The notes under the pieces are model-generated. The model saw only the letters and a program-made list of their open reading frames with translations, did not search any database and was not told where the DNA came from. Below are positions 61,501-64,000 of a stretch of DNA of 64,000 bases, one piece after another. Origin of the DNA: Trypanosoma brucei. Lineage: Eukaryota. How positions within the stretch are numbered: position 1 is the first letter of the stretch; each line of letters begins with the position of its first letter. Both the position numbers and the translations under genes were made by a program. The stretch spans positions 512,001-576,000 of the forward strand of contig CM000208.1 in the NCBI GenBank assembly GCA_000002445.1. The letters are read 5' to 3'.

Positions 61501-61872
61501 AAAGTTGCGGCAGGGAATGTCGTGAAGGGCACTGTCGTACAGGCCTTAACAATTCAGCGTGCGAGTGAGGATCCATTACTGGGGAATGCCGTCAACTCAT
61601 TTTATCTTCAGAACCACGATTGTGAGACATCCACTGCACGGACGGTTCAATACACGCTATATTGCACGAGCCCCACGCTGGATGTTTCAGATGTGCAGCA
61701 GTTGTCACATGTGCTTGCGCATGCGATGGCGACCCGTGCGACAAAACTCCCGATGCCAACAAGATGTGCTCATCGCCTGGCAAGTATCGTGGAGAGATTA
61801 ATTGATGCCGTTCCACCGCTGCAGTGCTCAATGATTCCCAAACCTTTGAATGAAAGACTGTGGTTCTTTTAA
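58564..61872 (+). CDS. PWI1: PIWI-domain protein lacking an N-terminal RGG box and a recognisable PAZ region (PIWI-like 1 type)
   Basis: C-terminal PIWI/RNase-H-fold signatures: RVLLVGVDSCHTP (cf. GADVTHP), VVVFQDGDVYSEMS (cf. RDGVSEGQF), LPMPTRCAHRLASIVERL (cf. IPAPAYYAHLAAFRAR). 1102 aa; N-terminus MMRRTLRCMIPAASSSST has no RGG repeats. Confidence 0.8.
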   Translation: MMRRTLRCMIPAASSSSTSIAAIRRRQQQQRHHSQGQTNWRCAPTFNESNVLTETNASAAVRSGSSKSLWLCEARQVTLSDVKRDYISKRLLDKKTRFVVRQRLREGGATSNFFPLLFSQPIVLYSYEIEATRRPLHALKAPSGEEVPPQCSGGKTGKTRKGKSKITAPEKISSVPVRRVECSRAWRAVQRYLRRCLPNAPPLVNLRQQIYTTAPLPVVALQLPPECLDLGWVECKLHFRGKTKLTEMDSAEMQETVNKIVLWALRNGGSNQKGHQFCVAREANGKVVHIHDAVSVDGLRVFKGTLIRATFVSSGDDAEDVPSPAVVLPPSTAVLKTLAAGDYGAKKLRFVVEEFVRGFVFKERNVHSYKIADASGTTQASLWDATEETKLKVGCIYEVTDYRVRVFESHNGMRLVEMTVGKTGFNVVMSQQDEVTTGEEADDNGKAKSKESRKDVKKLRSKCGKEASAGEERKHQHQQIEKDEAKRTMKNTSDCGSLPHCTGKLTLKIDTKCTVATELSLWEEVKQHFGRGPYDPAMEERIARSVQGTPVVISTTLRHSIVRLVRFNMVATEVNLEPTLQHLIRELEPGQPYAVLVDYSVVPLQALHCCYDPRTRSWQDTSVTACSFMPSQRLEILELFRAKLESAMQPWGITVAPKPLLSKALSLLPAPQKVSPFAKKQTNDTSIVNDNSNGRLRSVAPSGSVPLRHPPPPSSPTTTAVVGIIASHASEEESSRVKQTTQAIGRYCRSTTVITVPDEQEAVRYLVQQLISAGTEELRDPNTAAVIVTNERETRLVRWMQAECLTRGILPLFVPPCASPKQQQLRCENIRLRLRTVFATDPLRGVDLQREVPAVAQRRVLLVGVDSCHTPTVSTGSVVGILCTAERNHLLPFFWKHERRGQEVELVSEHFEVLISRAMELYDGLDDVVVFQDGDVYSEMSAMQAHLPVGCGFTFACLHKRSDVRFVHEFRGEANTSGSKVAAGNVVKGTVVQALTIQRASEDPLLGNAVNSFYLQNHDCETSTARTVQYTLYCTSPTLDVSDVQQLSHVLAHAMATRATKLPMPTRCAHRLASIVERLIDAVPPLQCSMIPKPLNERLWFF

Positions 61873-63205
61873 TAGACCATTTCAACTGTCCAGTGACTTG
61901 AGTTTGGGATAAAAGAAAACTTTGACAGATTTTGTGTGTGTGTGTGTGTGCGCTGCATGATTTAACACACATCACGTTTCATTTTTAAATTTTCTTTGGT
62001 CCTCCGCATGGTTTTCGTTATGTTACCTCTAACAATCATTTAGTTGTTTGTTTTATCAATGCTCCGTTAATTTTTTTCTGCGAATATCGTGGAAAAACAG
62101 TTGTCAACCCTTCCCAGTTTTTTTGTCTTCACAACTAAAAAAAACCTTATTTCACTTTCCGCTAACATGCAAGTTGGGCTCCTTTCTTCTGTCGCAACTT
62201 AATTAATTGGCTCAGCAGGCGACTTTACGGATCCATATAATTGTTCAGAAGGGTGAGAAGTTGAGGATCACTGATGAGGAATTACCTTTAAGTTTATTTG
62301 CATCGTGTTTTTATGTTTTGTTCATATTTTATCTTCTTCTTTCGGTTCCTTCATTTCTCCATCGTTGATCCGTTGCAGCAATGCGACGCGGGAGCGAGTA
62401 AAAAAGTGTGATAAGTGGTGTTTTCTACCATTCAGGAGCCACTACCTTTGTTTGGCAATCCATTTTTGGTTACTATTTCTTCGTGATAATAGTAATAATA
62501 CCATTATTATTATTATTATTATTTGTCAACGTTGCTGATAATAGCGGGAGGAAATGCACGAATATTTTTTTGAAAAAGATGAAGAATGCTTCACCACGGC
62601 GTACCGTGTCTGGAAGAGAGTTGCACCAGTTTGCCTTTTTCTTTATATTTTGCATCGCCGCCGCCGCTCAGGCGAGTGACATGTCCTTCACGCATTTGCT
62701 GCTCCGGGGAATTAGGTTCTGAGGCTGTTATGCCCATGACAAGGGAATATTATCATGTCCTTTTTGTAATAATTTTTTTTTAATTATTGTTTGCAACTTT
62801 TTTGTTTTATTTTTCCTTTGGATGCAAGGCACTGATTGCTTTTGCTGTGACCAAAAGACGCACCTAGTAGCCACTTTTGAAAACTGTATTCCATGTGATG
62901 GCGAGTCGCTACGCATTTGCACTCTGTACTGGTTTGTTTGCATATTTACTCTTCCTTGCCCTGTTGTGTGAAATGAATCGTGCGTGTTTACCCTAAAATA
63001 GACAAACACATATATTAATAAGCACTAATTTGTTTATTAATATATTTATTAGGTTCACTTTTGTTTGCGGTCAGTTCATCGTAGAAATATGCTCTTGCGG
63101 CGGAGCCACATGCGGCGTTGCCTCAAGCCCGGCGTACCGCGTCACCCACCCCTCTCGTGCGCAAGTGCATCGCCTTTACAACACACTGATGTAACTTCAG
63201 CACCA

Positions 63206-64000
63206 ATGAAAACGCAAATTGCCGTCGTGGGGAGTGGCCCAAGTGGTTGCTATGTGGCACAGCAGCTTATTAAAAAGCGTGACGACATTCACGTAGATGT
63301 GTTTGAGCGTCTCCCCGTGCCCTTCGGTTTATGTCGTTATGGCGTCGCTCCCGACCATCCCGAGGTGAAGAACGTGGAGCAGCAGTTTCTTTCCATGTTT
63401 AAGAGCGGTCGTGTGACGTGGATTGGCAACGTCGATGTAGGGAGACAGTTACCAATTGACACCCTTCTCAATAACTACGCAGCTGTGGTGCTGGCCACAG
63501 GCGTGGATAGCGGTAAAAAGCTCAACATTCCCGGTGAGGACCTCGGTGGCGTTGTCCGTGCAGCTGACTTTGTACGTTATTACAACACATATCCTTTTCC
63601 ACATGGTTCCCCGCGTTTCTGCCCGTTTCAACTGGGGATGGCCCACGAAGCCGTCGTTATTGGAAATGGTAATGTTGCTTTGGATTGTACTCGTGTCTTA
63701 GCCGCATCATACAAATATTTCTGCCCCACCGATATGAATTGTGCAGCAATAAAAGAGTTCATGAAGAACCACATCCACCGCATCCACGTGGTGGGTCGGC
63801 GAGGCCCTGAACACAGTGCCTTCACCATCGCGGAGTTTAGAGAGTTGACAAAATATCAGCAAGACACAGTGCGGGTTACCGTCGACGCATTCAATCCGGA
63901 GGAAGCACGTCGTGCATCAACGGAAAACCCGCGTGCACGTCAACGCCTTTTCGAACTTATGGGGCGTCACATTGTCAAAAGCGATGACCCTGAGAGTCAA
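63206..64000 (+). CDS. Adrenodoxin/ferredoxin-NADP(H) reductase-like FAD oxidoreductase (ARH1 family); 3' end beyond the window
   Basis: MKTQIAVVGSGPSGCYVAQQL (FAD GxGxxG), FERLPVPFGLCRYGVAPDHPEVKN, ILGNGNVALDCTRVLA (NADP GxGxxA). The frame is open to the window end, so it is absent from the ORF track. Confidence 0.8.
   Translation, partial: MKTQIAVVGSGPSGCYVAQQLIKKRDDIHVDVFERLPVPFGLCRYGVAPDHPEVKNVEQQFLSMFKSGRVTWIGNVDVGRQLPIDTLLNNYAAVVLATGVDSGKKLNIPGEDLGGVVRAADFVRYYNTYPFPHGSPRFCPFQLGMAHEAVVIGNGNVALDCTRVLAASYKYFCPTDMNCAAIKEFMKNHIHRIHVVGRRGPEHSAFTIAEFRELTKYQQDTVRVTVDAFNPEEARRASTENPRARQRLFELMGRHIVKSDDPESQ

Noticed and set aside
1-64000. Prokaryotic-style features: operons, CRISPR arrays, toxin-antitoxin or defence islands, IS elements
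   Set aside because: The sequence is unmistakably a kinetoplastid nuclear locus (HK1/HK2, TEF1 array, MVP, CFAP20, PIWI). There are no direct-repeat/spacer arrays, no terminal inverted repeats and no transposase-like ORF. I also saw no ingi/RIME/SLACS retroelement hallmarks.

Overview
The window reads as a trypanosomatid nuclear chromosome segment, not a prokaryotic locus. It is most consistent with the Trypanosoma brucei chromosome 10 region that carries the glycosomal hexokinase pair HK1/HK2 and the elongation factor 1-alpha (TEF1) array. The two hexokinase copies differ by about 4 internal residues plus about 7 in the last 19 residues, matching the described TbHK1/TbHK2 relationship. All roughly 27 supportable protein-coding genes lie on the + strand, intron-less, as one unidirectional polycistronic block. 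Genes are separated by UTR/intergenic spacers carrying polypyrimidine tract + AG trans-splice acceptor signals and purine-rich 3' blocks. The six-frame track used bacterial GTG/TTG starts, so I re-anchored CDSs on the first plausible ATG downstream of the polyY-AG signal. Genes recognised from sequence:
- LRR/TPR/CHAT-domain protein (1426 aa ORF)
- LRR protein (706 aa)
- major vault protein (MVP)
- actin-related protein
- hexokinase x2 (tandem)
- PPR-like mitochondrial protein
- Ser/Thr protein kinase with ARM-like tail
- hypothetical proteins, including two LRR proteins and a signal-peptide/TM protein
- EF-1alpha x3 (tandem; copy 1 carries a +1 frameshift)
- U1-type C2H2 zinc-finger protein
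- Vps51/tethering-complex-like protein
- non-catalytic M16 (MPP-alpha/core-protein-like) gene interrupted by two in-frame TAG codons
- Rtr1/RPAP2-like zinc-finger protein
- CFAP20/BUG22 with a poly-Q tail
- PD-(D/E)XK-nuclease-like protein
- USP-type ubiquitin hydrolase
- PIWI-domain protein without a PAZ region (PWI1-like)
- 5' part of an adrenodoxin-reductase-like flavoprotein running off the window end
I found no CRISPR, operon, defence island or transposon. The most unusual signals are the M16 gene with two in-frame TAGs but otherwise one continuous frame, the frameshifted first EF-1alpha copy, and a CHAT (caspase-like) domain protein that has lost the canonical catalytic Cys. A 2.5-kb gene-free interval containing a long imperfect hairpin is also worth a look.
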